A stretch of 64,000 nucleotides of DNA, from assembly GCA_035491955.1 (NCBI GenBank), contig DATJJU010000003.1, forward strand, positions 15,306 to 79,305, given 5' to 3'. A model generated the notes under the pieces. That model did not search any database. It saw only the letters and a program-made list of their open reading frames with translations, and was not told where the DNA came from. A program made the translations under genes and the position numbers. Source of the stretch: Minisyncoccota bacterium (GTDB lineage Bacteria; Patescibacteriota; Minisyncoccia; Phycocordibacterales; UBA9973). Numbering within the stretch: position 1 is the stretch's first letter; the number at the start of each line of letters is the position of its first letter. This document shows positions 1 to 10,056 of the stretch, piece after piece.

Positions 1-1
1 C

Positions 2-1153
2 AATGAATATGAGATCAAACCATTAACAAAACAACAGCTTGATCTCAAAATTGCTCAAGGAGATTTCGAAGCAAAGATATACAAGCAGGTCTACGATCTT
101 ATCGATATGCATTACGATGAAATTGAAGCAGCCAAGCCGCATGTTACAAAAAACAGCGCTGGATATTATCTGTGGAATGTCTGGGATAAAGAAAAACAAA
201 TTTTTGATCTGAATAAACTACTTGTCGGCGCACAAGGAACGCTGGGTCTGACAACCGAAGTAGAGATGGGACTTGTAGCAGTGCCAAAGTTTTCAAAAAT
301 GGTTGTCATGTATTTGCCAAGCATCGAAAAGCTCGGAGACATTGTTGATACTGTCATGAAATACGAACCAGAAAGTTTTGAATCATACGATGACTACAGC
401 ATGAAGCTGGCTATCAAATTCTCTTTTGATTTCTTTTCACAGCTTGGCTTTTGGGGTGCTATCAAACTAGGTATTCAATTTATTCCCGACTTATTTAAAG
501 TATTGATCGGCGGCGTACCAAAACTTATTCTTATGGCAGAAGTGACAGGCGATGATGAGCAAGAAGTTTTGAAGCGTGCCTACGATATTAAAAAAGCTGT
601 GAAGCCATTCAAATATCAAACACATGTGGCACATAGCGCAGCAGAGGTAGAGAAGTATTGGAAGATTCGCCGCGAAAGCTTCAATCTTTTGCGCAAGCAT
701 GTCAAAGGCAAGCAAACTGCGCCATTCATCGATGACATTATTGTCGATCCGCACAAAATGCCGGAATTCTTGCCCAAGCTTCAAGCTATTCTTGATCAAT
801 ATAAGCTTATATACACTATTGCGGGCCATGCCGGAAACGGTAATTTCCATATCATTCCATTGATGGATCTTAATAATCCTATTTCAGGCGATATCATTCT
901 TGAGCTCTCTAAAAAGGTCTACCACTTGGTGGCTGATTACGGAGGTTCTATTACCGCCGAACATAACGACGGCATTATCCGCACGCCTTTCCTGCCTTAT
1001 ATGTACAAGCCTGACATTATTCAGTATTTTGCCAAAATTAAGCAGATTTTCGACCCTCTCGATATATTCAACCCTGGAAAGAAGGTAGGAGGCTCTTTTG
1101 ACTATATTCAGCACCACCTTGTGCAGTCTCATAACACTGAGCACGGTTCTTAA
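2..1153 (+). CDS. FAD-linked oxidase/dehydrogenase (GlcD/D-lactate dehydrogenase-like), 5'-partial
   Basis: Frame is open from position 2; motifs KNSAGY, GAQGTLG, GHAGNGNFH, GSITAEHNDG, FDPLDIFNPGKK. Confidence 0.85.
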   Translation, partial: NEYEIKPLTKQQLDLKIAQGDFEAKIYKQVYDLIDMHYDEIEAAKPHVTKNSAGYYLWNVWDKEKQIFDLNKLLVGAQGTLGLTTEVEMGLVAVPKFSKMVVMYLPSIEKLGDIVDTVMKYEPESFESYDDYSMKLAIKFSFDFFSQLGFWGAIKLGIQFIPDLFKVLIGGVPKLILMAEVTGDDEQEVLKRAYDIKKAVKPFKYQTHVAHSAAEVEKYWKIRRESFNLLRKHVKGKQTAPFIDDIIVDPHKMPEFLPKLQAILDQYKLIYTIAGHAGNGNFHIIPLMDLNNPISGDIILELSKKVYHLVADYGGSITAEHNDGIIRTPFLPYMYKPDIIQYFAKIKQIFDPLDIFNPGKKVGGSFDYIQHHLVQSHNTEHGS

Positions 1154-1155
1154 TC

Positions 1156-1197
1156 CCATAGGTCTTTCCTATGGAGCTCCATAGGAAAGACCTATGG
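1156..1197. repeat. Perfect 42-bp palindrome made of two inverted REP-like hairpins
   Basis: CCATAGGTCTTTCCTATGG-AGCT-CCATAGGAAAGACCTATGG; each half is itself a hairpin. Confidence 0.85.
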
Positions 1198-1244
1198 TAG
1201 AGACGGGGTTGCAAAAACGGGGTTTTTCAGTATACTAGGAGCCT

Positions 1245-1874
1245 ATGATTACCCTAGAAGCAAAGCAGCGCACAGGCTCTCCGGATGCCCTTCGCGCTCA
1301 AGAATTAATCCCGGCAGTGTATTACGGATCAGGCAAAGACGCTGTGTCTATTGCTGTTCCTGCACGGGAATTTACAAAAGTATTGAAAGAGGCGGGCGAA
1401 ACAACTGCTGTCACCCTTACTATTGGTAGTGAAAAGATCAGTACCCTTATCCATGACCTTCAGCGCAATCCTGTTGATGGCTCTGTGACTCATATCGACT
1501 TTTTGGTTATCGACATGAAGAAAGAAATCGAAGTGGCTGTGCCTATCGAATTCACGGGTCTTGCAGAAGCAGAAAAGAGTGGTCTTGGTACACTCGTGAA
1601 AGTTCTTCATGAAGTGCACGTATCAGCATTGCCTGCAGATTTGCCACACAATCTTGAAGTAGATGTTACTGGTCTCGCTACGCTTGAAGATCAGATCCAT
1701 GTGAAGAATATTTCACTTCCAAAAGGTGTCACTATGGTGACTGACGGCGAAGAAGTAGTAGCACTCGTTGCGCCATTCGTTGAAGAAAAAGAAGAAACAG
1801 CGCCTGTTGACCTCTCAGCTATCGAAGTAGAGAAGAAAGGCAAACAAGAAGAAGAGGGAACCGACGGAGAATAA
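1245..1874 (+). CDS. rplY: 50S ribosomal protein L25 (CTC type)
   Basis: IPAVYYG, HIDF, VEKKGK and acidic tail; TTGCAA...TATACT promoter upstream. Confidence 0.95.
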   Translation: MITLEAKQRTGSPDALRAQELIPAVYYGSGKDAVSIAVPAREFTKVLKEAGETTAVTLTIGSEKISTLIHDLQRNPVDGSVTHIDFLVIDMKKEIEVAVPIEFTGLAEAEKSGLGTLVKVLHEVHVSALPADLPHNLEVDVTGLATLEDQIHVKNISLPKGVTMVTDGEEVVALVAPFVEEKEETAPVDLSAIEVEKKGKQEEEGTDGE

Positions 1875-1943
1875 ATAACTCCATCACAACCTTGTCAATA
1901 GATTTTTATGTAAGACTCCTGGTATACTAGGAGTCTTATTGTT

Positions 1944-3347
1944 ATGTCACAACACAAAACCAGAATAATACTAAGCCTCCTTCTTATACTCTCTGTTCCT
2001 ACCTCTATCATTCCGTTCTCTGCAACATCTGTGGCACATGCTCAAAGCACTACTTCAACGTCTACGCCAGCTGTTTGTACCAATCCAAGCAATGCTGATA
2101 TTGCGCAAGCCTGTGCCGACTATGCAGCAGAAAACAAAGTCTTAGCTCAACTTCAGGCTCAGTTAGCTGATCAGAAGAGTAAAAGCGGATCATTACAAAA
2201 GAATGTGAATGCATTGGTGTCTCAAATCACTGCTACACAAGCCAAAATTTCTGGTGAAATCAGCACTATCAACAGTCTCAGCTTGCAGATCGGCCAAAAG
2301 CAAAAAGCTATCAATGATTTGAACTCGCAGCTTGATCGCGAAAATGCTTCCATGGCACAACTTATCACTCGCACCGATGAACTCGACCAAAAAGGCGCGA
2401 CATATGTCCTTCTCAGCGCCGGCTCTATTTCCGACTTCTATCAAGATCTTGATGACTTCTTTTCTATCAAGCAGGATTTGTACTCTACATTGAACTATGT
2501 GAAGCAGATCAAAACCACTACTCAGACTCAAGAGCAACAGTTGCAGGACCAGCAGTCTCAAGCAGTCAATGCCAAAAATGCTCTTACCAGTGCCAAGGCT
2601 CAGCTTGCGGCTTCACAAAAACAGGCTCAACAGCTGCTTAACAATAGTAAATCAGCCGAACAAACCGAGGCTGCACTTGTTGCACAACAACAAGCCAAGG
2701 TTGCCGCTATCCAAAGCAAGCTCTTCAGCTTCGCCGGAGGTGCAACAGGAGCTATTCCGTTTAGTCAGGCTTATGCCTATGCAACGACTGCACAAAATGT
2801 TACCGGAGTGCCAGCAGCCTTCACATTGGCTATCCTTACTCAAGAATCTAATCTTGGTAAAAATGTCGGTACCTGTAATCGTGCCGGTGACCCTCCATCA
2901 AAAAGCTATGTCAATGTCATGAATCCTACCCGCGACCAGCCTATTTTCTTGAAAATTACTGCCGCTCTTGGTCTTGATCCAAACACTACGCCAGTCTCAT
3001 GTCCTATTGGCGGAGGCGGATGGGGAGGTGCTATGGGTCCTGCTCAGTTTATTCCCTCTACATGGCAGCTTATTGCTCCTCAGGTGGCCTCTGCGCTTGG
3101 TGAAGGCACTGCGAACCCTTGGAATGCTCGAGATGCTATTGTAGCTGCTGCTGTATACCTCAAAGCTCGCGGAGCAGACAACAATGCCACAAATCAGCGT
3201 AATGCGGCATGTAAGTATTACTCTGGGCGTTCTTGTGACGGCAAATCGCCGCCAAATAGCTTCTATGGAAACAGTGTTATGACGCTTACCCGAAGTATCC
3301 AGGCAGATATTGACTATTTGGTACAATATGGTGTTTCGAAGCGCTAA
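1944..3347 (+). CDS. Secreted coiled-coil lytic murein transglycosylase (CwlO-like N-terminus plus SLT domain)
   Basis: Signal peptide, Q/A-rich coiled coil, ILTQES catalytic Glu, GAMGPAQFIPSTW. Confidence 0.85.
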   Translation: MSQHKTRIILSLLLILSVPTSIIPFSATSVAHAQSTTSTSTPAVCTNPSNADIAQACADYAAENKVLAQLQAQLADQKSKSGSLQKNVNALVSQITATQAKISGEISTINSLSLQIGQKQKAINDLNSQLDRENASMAQLITRTDELDQKGATYVLLSAGSISDFYQDLDDFFSIKQDLYSTLNYVKQIKTTTQTQEQQLQDQQSQAVNAKNALTSAKAQLAASQKQAQQLLNNSKSAEQTEAALVAQQQAKVAAIQSKLFSFAGGATGAIPFSQAYAYATTAQNVTGVPAAFTLAILTQESNLGKNVGTCNRAGDPPSKSYVNVMNPTRDQPIFLKITAALGLDPNTTPVSCPIGGGGWGGAMGPAQFIPSTWQLIAPQVASALGEGTANPWNARDAIVAAAVYLKARGADNNATNQRNAACKYYSGRSCDGKSPPNSFYGNSVMTLTRSIQADIDYLVQYGVSKR

Positions 3348-3393
3348 TCTGACCACTTGAAATCCTTTAGAACTATGCTACAATAGCTCCACT

Positions 3394-3651
3394 ATGAAAA
3401 AAGACATTCATCCAAGCAATTTCCGTGACGTGGTATTCCACGATAACTCCTCTGGGGCGGAATTTGTCATTGCTTCTACAGTAAAGACATCTGAAACTAC
3501 CACGCATAAGGGCAAGGAATATCCATTGTTTCGCGTAGAAATCTCAAGTGCCTCTCATCCGTTTTATACTGGTACTGAAAAGGTTATCGACACTGCTGGA
3601 CGCGTTGATCGCTTCAACAAGCGCCGTGCAGCTTCTGCTACAAAGAAATAA
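3394..3651 (+). CDS. rpmE2: 50S ribosomal protein L31 type B
   Basis: MKKDIHP...[10 protein letters not shown]...AGRVDRF; no Zn-binding cysteines. Confidence 0.95.
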   Translation: MKKDIHPSNFRDVVFHDNSSGAEFVIASTVKTSETTTHKGKEYPLFRVEISSASHPFYTGTEKVIDTAGRVDRFNKRRAASATKK

Positions 3652-3677
3652 ATTCTATAATAGTTGCGATTGTCGCA

Positions 3678-3727
3678 AAACACTTCCAAAAGGCCAGACC
3701 CCGCCCAGACCCCCTTTGGAAGTGTTT
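3678..3727. repeat. Dispersed hairpin repeat, copy 1 (REP-derived?)
   Basis: Stem AAACACTTCCAAA...TTTGGAAGTGTTT; core shared with 4704-4759. Confidence 0.75.
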
Positions 3728-3751
3728 GTGCTTTAATCGCAGCAACATCAT

Positions 3752-4687
3752 ATGGATCTAGAAACATTAAAAAAGAATCCTAAGACCCAATATCTCGCAG
3801 AACAATACGAGCGTCTTTTGCAACAGGAGGAAGAAACAAAAGCATTGATTGAAAGCGATCCTTCTATGAAAGAAATGGCGGAAGAAGAAATGAATGCTAT
3901 CGCTATTCAAAAAACTGCTATCGAAGAACAAATTGCTGCTATTGAAACATCTGAGAAAGAAGAAGAGGAATTTCCTAATGAAATTATTTTGGAAGCGCGT
4001 GCTGGCGCCGGTGGAGATGAAGCAGCACTCTTCGCGCAGCAATTGGTAGAAATGTACACCCGCTATGCTGAATCAAAAGGCTGGAGCGTCAAGATTATTG
4101 ATGACATGACGCTCGAAATAAAAGGAAAGGACGTCTATAAATTGCTTCGCTTTGAAACAGGCGTTCATCGCGTACAGCGCGTGCCTGTGACAGAAAAGAA
4201 TGGCCGCATTCATACCTCTACTGCTTCTATTGCCATCTTGCCAATCCGCAAGAAAGTGAAATTTGAAATTAATCCGGCAGACTTGGATATGGAGTACTCT
4301 CGTTCAGGGGGAGCGGGCGGACAAAATGTGAACAAGGTGGAGACAGCCGTGCGTCTTATTCACAAACCGACAGGTATTGATGTTCGTTCAACGAGTGAGC
4401 GTAGCCAGTTGGCAAACCGTGAGAAGGCTATGGCTATTTTGACGGCTAAACTTCAACAAAAGAAAGAGGAAGAAGAAGCCAAGAAATATGCCGGTGATCG
4501 TAAAAATCAGATTGGTACCGCTGATCGTAGTGAAAAAATCCGTACCTATAACTTCCCACAAGATCGCGTGACTGATCACCGTATCCGCCAAAATTTCTCT
4601 AACCTTGAAGGTATTATGCTCGGTAAGCTGGATAAGATTATTGATGCAATGCAGAGCGGGGAAGTCGGCGAGGCAGAGGAGGAATAA
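3752..4687 (+). CDS. prfA: Peptide chain release factor 1
   Basis: GGQ motif, PVT stop-codon recognition motif, [19 protein letters not shown]. Confidence 0.95.
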   Translation: MDLETLKKNPKTQYLAEQYERLLQQEEETKALIESDPSMKEMAEEEMNAIAIQKTAIEEQIAAIETSEKEEEEFPNEIILEARAGAGGDEAALFAQQLVEMYTRYAESKGWSVKIIDDMTLEIKGKDVYKLLRFETGVHRVQRVPVTEKNGRIHTSTASIAILPIRKKVKFEINPADLDMEYSRSGGAGGQNVNKVETAVRLIHKPTGIDVRSTSERSQLANREKAMAILTAKLQQKKEEEEAKKYAGDRKNQIGTADRSEKIRTYNFPQDRVTDHRIRQNFSNLEGIMLGKLDKIIDAMQSGEVGEAEEE

Positions 4688-4703
4688 AAAGCTGCGGACT
4701 TTC

Positions 4704-4759
4704 CAAACATATTCCCAAAAGGCCAGACCCCGCCCATACCCCTTTTGGAAACATGTTTG
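4704..4759. repeat. Dispersed hairpin repeat, copy 2 (REP-derived?)
   Basis: Core CCAAAAGGCCAGACCCCGCCCA(G/T)ACCCC(C/T)TTTGGAA, as at 3678-3727. Confidence 0.75.
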
Positions 4760-4815
4760 TCCGGTTTTTGCTTGAAAAATAGCAAAAATTTGGTATAGTT
4801 ATTCAGCCATTAATT

Positions 4816-4887
4816 GCGTGTATAGTTCAGTGGTAGAACGCTGTCCTGATAAGACAGAGGTCCTTGGTCCGATTCCAAGTACACGCA
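4816..4887 (+). tRNA. tRNA-Ile (GAT), CCA not encoded
   Basis: Acceptor stem GCGTGTA/TACACGC; anticodon arm CTGTC-CTGATAA-GACAG; D and T arms present. Confidence 0.93.
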
Positions 4888-4938
4888 CAAATAAAAAGGC
4901 ACCTCTTTTAAAGAAGTGCCCTTCAAAGCCATACAGCT

Positions 4939-5124
4939 TCACAATGCTTTTTGTCTTCGCTTAGGAAGGGAGCCAACACCTATTACGATGATAACAGCTC
5001 CTGTGATGATAAAAAGTCCTTTGTTTTGACTAAATGAATTTGTTAATAAATCAGGCGCGGCGGCTGATAAAACCAGACATACGGCACCCGCTACAACTGC
5101 GATAACGGAAATGAGCTTTCTCAT
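4939..5124 (-). CDS. Small two-TM membrane protein
   Basis: Two hydrophobic segments, basic tail, upstream promoter. Confidence 0.6.
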   Translation of the reverse strand: MRKLISVIAVVAGAVCLVLSAAAPDLLTNSFSQNKGLFIITGAVIIVIGVGSLPKRRQKAL

Positions 5125-5198
5125 GGCGGGGAAGAATTAAGTTTTTTTAAATATAGCACTTATTTACAAAAAGTCAAATATACTGTATAATATTTCTC

Positions 5199-5882
5199 AT
5201 GAATCTCTCAATTGTCGCTACACCTATAGGCAATCTTGCAGACTGTTCGCCGCGAGCGAAAGAAGTGCTTGCTCAAGCAACGCTTATTATTGCTGAAGAT
5301 ACTCGCACAACAGGGCAGCTTTTAAAATTGCTTGGCATAGAGGGGAAGAAAGAATTCGTTTCTTCACACGCTCAAAGTTCAGACGTTTCTTTACAAAAGA
5401 CATTGGAGCGTTGCAAAGAGCATGAATATATTGCCTTAGTGACTGATGCCGGTACGCCTGCTATTTCTGATCCAGGATCATTCTTCATTAAACATTTTCG
5501 TACTATGTATCCAGAGGCTGCCATTGTACCTATACCCGGCCCATCAGCCGTTATTGCAGCACTTTCTGTTTCAGGTTTTCCCGCTAGCCATTTTGAATTT
5601 CTTGGTTTTATTCCACATAAAAAGGGCCGTCAGACGCTCTTCGCCTCACTTGCAGGTAAAGAACATACTGTCGTGTTGTACGAGTCTCCGCATCGTATTT
5701 TGAAAACATTGGAGTCACTGTCAGAAGTACTCGGTGATCGTCTTGTGATGGTGGGCAGGGAGATGACAAAACAGTTTGAAGAGTATCCAATAAACACTGC
5801 TAAAATGCTCCTAGACTACTACACAGAGCATTCTGACAAGGTCAGAGGGGAATTCGTCATCGTCATAAGTCCTATGGTATAA
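5199..5882 (+). CDS. rsmI: 16S rRNA (cytidine1402-2'-O)-methyltransferase
   Basis: VATPIGNLAD, AEDTR, DAGTPAISDPG, YESPHR. Confidence 0.95.
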   Translation: MNLSIVATPIGNLADCSPRAKEVLAQATLIIAEDTRTTGQLLKLLGIEGKKEFVSSHAQSSDVSLQKTLERCKEHEYIALVTDAGTPAISDPGSFFIKHFRTMYPEAAIVPIPGPSAVIAALSVSGFPASHFEFLGFIPHKKGRQTLFASLAGKEHTVVLYESPHRILKTLESLSEVLGDRLVMVGREMTKQFEEYPINTAKMLLDYYTEHSDKVRGEFVIVISPMV

Positions 5883-5889
5883 TAGGCCC

Positions 5890-6108
5890 ATGATCGGGAA
5901 ATTACGAATCCTATTTTGGCTGGGCGTACTCATGCTTTTCTTGCCTTTTTTGGGTATTCCTAATACTTGGAAAACCATTATTGCTGTTATTATCGGCATT
6001 GCTCTAATTGCTCTTTCTATACTCTTGCGAAGAAAATATCGCAGCTTGCGTCACATGATTCGCACCTTAGAACATAGTGTTATCGAACAGCCAATTCACC
6101 ATGAGTAA
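5890..6108 (+). CDS. Small membrane protein
   Basis: LPFLGIP..WK two-TM pattern; stop overlaps the next start. Confidence 0.7.
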   Translation: MIGKLRILFWLGVLMLFLPFLGIPNTWKTIIAVIIGIALIALSILLRRKYRSLRHMIRTLEHSVIEQPIHHE

Positions 6109-7396
6109 TGAAGAACAGACACAACTAAAAACGACAAAAATTCCTAAGCACGTAAAGCTTGGCTTGCGTATTTTGAGCGGAGTAATAATAGTAGCCGCAG
6201 TATTTCTTGGTGGAGTGTATATTGGCTATGACAATCGTCCTGCATTTGCCAGTGTGACCAGTATCGTACACCCACAAGCTGCTACTTCTAGTATTACGCC
6301 CGTGACAAGTAATAACGAGGACCTTAGCCAGTTTTGGAAGGCATGGCAGCTGGTGAATGAAAACTTCGCTCCTGCACCAAATGCTCCGAAGATCAGTGAT
6401 CAAGATCATATTTATGGTGCTATTCAAGGCCTCGTATCGTCATTTGGTGACCCTTATACGGACTTTTTCCCGCCATCAGAGAATAACCAATTCCAAGCCC
6501 AAATTGCTGGTTCATTCAGTGGTATCGGCATTCAAATAGGGGAGAAAGATGGCTTGCTTACTGTTATTGCTCCATTGAAGGGTACTCCAGCTGAAGCGGC
6601 AGGTATTAAGGCAGGGGATGTCATTACTAAGATCGGTGATACTAATACAAGCAATATTACCGTTGATCAGGCAGTCAGCATGATTGAAGGCAAGAGCGGC
6701 ACGACTGTTACGCTGACATTGGCGCGCCAGGGTACAAGTACTCCTATAGTGCTCACTATTACTCGTCAGACTATCAATCTCCCTACAGTAGATACAGAAA
6801 CTCGTTCAGACAAGGGCGTATTTATTATTCACTTCTACAGTTTCTCAGAAAATTCTCCTACACTCTTCAAGCAGGCTCTTAATACCTATCTTGCTTCTGG
6901 TTACCATAATCTTCTGCTCGATCTTCGTGGAAATCCAGGCGGTTATCTCGATGCAGCAGTGCAAATCGGTAGTGAATTTATTCCGCAGGGACAAACTATC
7001 GTGAAAGAGATCGGCAAGGATCCAAAAGATGTGACAGTACATACTAGTACCGGCCCTGTGCTATTTCCAAAAGGCGATAAGCTCGTCGTCTTGGCTGACC
7101 AAGGCTCAGCCTCTGCCGCAGAAATCTTAGCAGGAGCACTCAGTCAGGATAATATCGGTACATTGGTGGGTGCGCAGACATTCGGCAAAGGATCTGTCCA
7201 AGAAGTTATTCCGCTCGACAATGATACTTCACTAAAGGTCACCGTTGCTCACTGGTATACGCCAAATGGTACTTCTATCTCTGCCAAAGGTCTTACGCCG
7301 CAAGTATTGATCCCATTTGATCCAACAGCGAAGACAGACACGCAGCTTGAGAAGACTGTAGATATGTTTCCAACACTCCCGAACCCTAATCGTTAA
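6101..7396 (+). CDS. S41 carboxy-terminal processing protease (CtpA) with PDZ domain
   Basis: DPYT, GIGI, LDLRGNPGG, SASAAEI, TFGKGSVQ; N-terminal TM. Confidence 0.93.
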   Translation: MSNEEQTQLKTTKIPKHVKLGLRILSGVIIVAAVFLGGVYIGYDNRPAFASVTSIVHPQAATSSITPVTSNNEDLSQFWKAWQLVNENFAPAPNAPKISDQDHIYGAIQGLVSSFGDPYTDFFPPSENNQFQAQIAGSFSGIGIQIGEKDGLLTVIAPLKGTPAEAAGIKAGDVITKIGDTNTSNITVDQAVSMIEGKSGTTVTLTLARQGTSTPIVLTITRQTINLPTVDTETRSDKGVFIIHFYSFSENSPTLFKQALNTYLASGYHNLLLDLRGNPGGYLDAAVQIGSEFIPQGQTIVKEIGKDPKDVTVHTSTGPVLFPKGDKLVVLADQGSASAAEILAGALSQDNIGTLVGAQTFGKGSVQEVIPLDNDTSLKVTVAHWYTPNGTSISAKGLTPQVLIPFDPTAKTDTQLEKTVDMFPTLPNPNR

Positions 7397-7400
7397 ATCT

Positions 7401-7844
7401 ATGAAAGTTATATTATTAAAATCAGTTCCAAAAGTCGGTAAGAAAGACGATATTGTTACCGTTGCTGATGGGTATGGTCAGAATGTGCTGTTGCCGAAGC
7501 GCATGGCTGTTGTTGCAACTGAGCAGGCTGTTGCTGCATTGAAGCGTACTCAGCAAAACAATGTTACTAAAAAAGAAATCCAACATAGCCTTCTTGATAA
7601 GGCTATTGATGAAGTCATAAACAAGACACTTACATATAAGGTAAAGACTAATGAGAAGGGAAGTCTTTTCTCTAAAATAGATGAACGTGATATCAGCAAA
7701 GCTCTTTTTGATCAACATCGTGTCGATATTGATCCTAAATTACTGACTATTGAAGGCGGAGCAATAAAAGAAATCGGCAGCTATACCGTGACTGTAAAAG
7801 AGGGAAGCTATACGAATAGTTTTACGCTAGAGGTTACGAAATAA
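7401..7844 (+). CDS. rplI: 50S ribosomal protein L9
   Basis: MKVILLKSV..VGK...V.DGY..N.LLP. Confidence 0.92.
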   Translation: MKVILLKSVPKVGKKDDIVTVADGYGQNVLLPKRMAVVATEQAVAALKRTQQNNVTKKEIQHSLLDKAIDEVINKTLTYKVKTNEKGSLFSKIDERDISKALFDQHRVDIDPKLLTIEGGAIKEIGSYTVTVKEGSYTNSFTLEVTK

Positions 7845-7876
7845 AAAAGCGACACCGGAACGGTGTCGCTTTTTTA
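7842..7876. terminator. Bidirectional intrinsic terminator between rplI and rpmA
   Basis: AAAAAAGCGACACCG-GAA-CGGTGTCGCTTTTTT. Confidence 0.85.
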
Positions 7877-8161
7877 TTATCCTCGTGTCTCCTGAATACT
7901 TACTACCTTACGAACAGTAGTGGTTCCGTCAAAGTTGCCTTTGCGCTTTTGTGAGAATTTCACAAAGCCAGGCTTCATTGCAAAGAGGGTATGGTCCTTG
8001 CCCATGCCAACTGCCTTGCCAGCCAAGATCTTAGTACCGCGCTGACGCACGATAATAGAACCAGCCAATGCCTTCTGTCCGTCATAAAGCTTAGTACCTA
8101 GATACTGTGGATTGGAATCCGTTAGGTTTTTTGCTGCTCCTTGAGCCTTCTTATGTGCCAT
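7877..8161 (-). CDS. rpmA: 50S ribosomal protein L27
   Basis: MAHKKAQG...GSIIVRQRG...GKDHTLFA. Confidence 0.96.
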   Translation of the reverse strand: MAHKKAQGAAKNLTDSNPQYLGTKLYDGQKALAGSIIVRQRGTKILAGKAVGMGKDHTLFAMKPGFVKFSQKRKGNFDGTTTVRKVVSIQETRG

Positions 8162-8227
8162 AGTGGTACCATCATAGCCCAGAGTCACAACTATGTCAAT
8201 AAAGGCTTTTTGGGGTATACTAGAGCC

Positions 8228-8602
8228 ATGCAGACCTTTATTTCCCGATACTATCAGCCTCTGTTTGCCCTGATTTTGGTCTTTATTATTGGCTTTGCTT
8301 TCTATGCTGGCTTTCTAGAAGGGAAGAGTACCCCTAGTCAGCAAGTTGTCCTATCTTGCAAAGAAAACATTTTAAGTAAATTGTCAATACCTCTGGAAAA
8401 ACTAGCAAATTTGCAAACTGCGGACGCCGCTAGCACGGCTATGGCGCATCAAGGCGGGGCATATGTCGGATCAAAGAACGGTACGAAATACTATCCATCC
8501 GCTACCTGCAGTGCAGTGAAGCGTATCAAGCCGGAGAATTACCTCTGGTTCAATAGTGCAGAAGATGCTCAAATACAAGGGTACACCCCAGGAAAATGTT
8601 AA
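8228..8602 (+). CDS. Membrane-anchored protein with C-terminal Ada-like metal-binding domain
   Basis: N-terminal TM; [11 protein letters not shown]...C...IKPEN..F.S.EDA...GY. Confidence 0.7.
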   Translation: MQTFISRYYQPLFALILVFIIGFAFYAGFLEGKSTPSQQVVLSCKENILSKLSIPLEKLANLQTADAASTAMAHQGGAYVGSKNGTKYYPSATCSAVKRIKPENYLWFNSAEDAQIQGYTPGKC

Positions 8603-9504
8603 AATCAATTCTCTCAATCTCAATAATGGCAGCCATCGGCTTATTGATCCTAGCGATCCTTTTGCCCACGCAAACTAATCAAATGGCGCAAAGAGTACTA
8701 GGGGAGATGACCAGTATCGGCAATAGTTCGCTTATAAGCAATCCTGTCGCTACTCTATCGAACAAACTCGCCAGTGCCGTTAATACTCAAACACTAAAGT
8801 CATCCAGTGCTGATAATTCTGTGCTTTCTGCGGCAGATATTATTGATGCTACCAATCAGGAGCGTCTCGATGATGGGCTACCTCCACTGAAGACCAATAA
8901 TGAACTAGCAGCGTCAGCGAAGCTCAAGGTAGAGGATATGATCACCAATCAATATTTTGACCACACCTCTCCTTCAGGCAAGACAGTGGCTGACTTGGGA
9001 CAACAGGTAGGGTATGACTACGTAGTCATGGGCGAGAACCTGGCTCTCGGCGACTTCACGAGTGCTCACGACCTTCTTCAGGCCTGGATGAAAAGTCCTG
9101 GTCATCGCGCCAACATTCTTAATGACACGTACCAAGACATTGGCGTCTATGCCGCACAGGGAATGTACCAGGGTCACATGGTCTGGTTCGCTGTTCAACA
9201 CTTCGGCACAGAGCGCACCGCCTGTCCTCCGCTTGATACAACTCTCAAGACGACTATCGATACACTTAATGCCACCCTCAAGAATGAAGAGGCACAGATC
9301 GAAAGTCTTCGCGCACAGATCGAAGATCCTAACCACCCAACAGGTTCGACATACTCAACGCTCATCAGTAAGTTCAACAGCATGGTCTCTATGTACAACT
9401 CTCAGCTGGTGACATCTCAATCACAGATCAGTTCATACAACAAACAAGTTGTAGCATTCAACAAATGTCTTTCTCAATACCAGACTTCTAAATCAAAAGA
9501 GTAG
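8596..9504 (+). CDS. CAP (SCP) domain protein with coiled-coil tail
   Basis: YFDHTSP, GENLA, WMKSPGHRANIL. Confidence 0.9.
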   Translation: MLKSILSISIMAAIGLLILAILLPTQTNQMAQRVLGEMTSIGNSSLISNPVATLSNKLASAVNTQTLKSSSADNSVLSAADIIDATNQERLDDGLPPLKTNNELAASAKLKVEDMITNQYFDHTSPSGKTVADLGQQVGYDYVVMGENLALGDFTSAHDLLQAWMKSPGHRANILNDTYQDIGVYAAQGMYQGHMVWFAVQHFGTERTACPPLDTTLKTTIDTLNATLKNEEAQIESLRAQIEDPNHPTGSTYSTLISKFNSMVSMYNSQLVTSQSQISSYNKQVVAFNKCLSQYQTSKSKE

Positions 9505-10056
9505 GGGAAGAATACGTTTTGTGCGCTTCATGTAGGCAGGGTACTGATCAGGAAATTGTTCGAGCATGTAGGCCTCCTCTTGCGCGGCTTTAATGTAGAA
9601 GCTGGCCATCATGATAATGAATCCTAGCAACGCGCCGACTGTACCGATAGCGAGGCCGGTAGCGAGAAGGAGAAGAAAGATGGCAGCATAGATAGGATGG
9701 CGAACATAGTGATATGGTCCGGAGGTCACAAGCTCGTGGCCTTTTTTAATTTGCACTGAGCCGCTCCAGTTTGAGCCAAGAGTCACGCGAGACCAGATAG
9801 CAAGTGCTACTCCGAGCACTGCGAGAATGTTCGCGATGATAATAACGTGATGCGTAGGGTAGATGAGAAAAATATTGAATGGAAAAATTTTTGTAAAGAT
9901 ATTGCCCTCCCATAGGAACATCCAGCCGATGAATAGGGTAATGACATACCATATGCGGTCTTTGCCGCTGCGCTTCTTCGCTGTCTCCTTCGTCCATCCC
10001 CACGTCGCGATCCAGAAAATTAAAAATGTAAGCCAACTGATTGAAATAATATTCAT
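9493..10056 (-). CDS. Isoprenylcysteine carboxylmethyltransferase family membrane protein
   Basis: LVTSGPYHYVRHPIY, EE..L...F...Y..Y. Confidence 0.88.
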   Translation of the reverse strand: MNIISISWLTFLIFWIATWGWTKETAKKRSGKDRIWYVITLFIGWMFLWEGNIFTKIFPFNIFLIYPTHHVIIIANILAVLGVALAIWSRVTLGSNWSGSVQIKKGHELVTSGPYHYVRHPIYAAIFLLLLATGLAIGTVGALLGFIIMMASFYIKAAQEEAYMLEQFPDQYPAYMKRTKRILPLLF

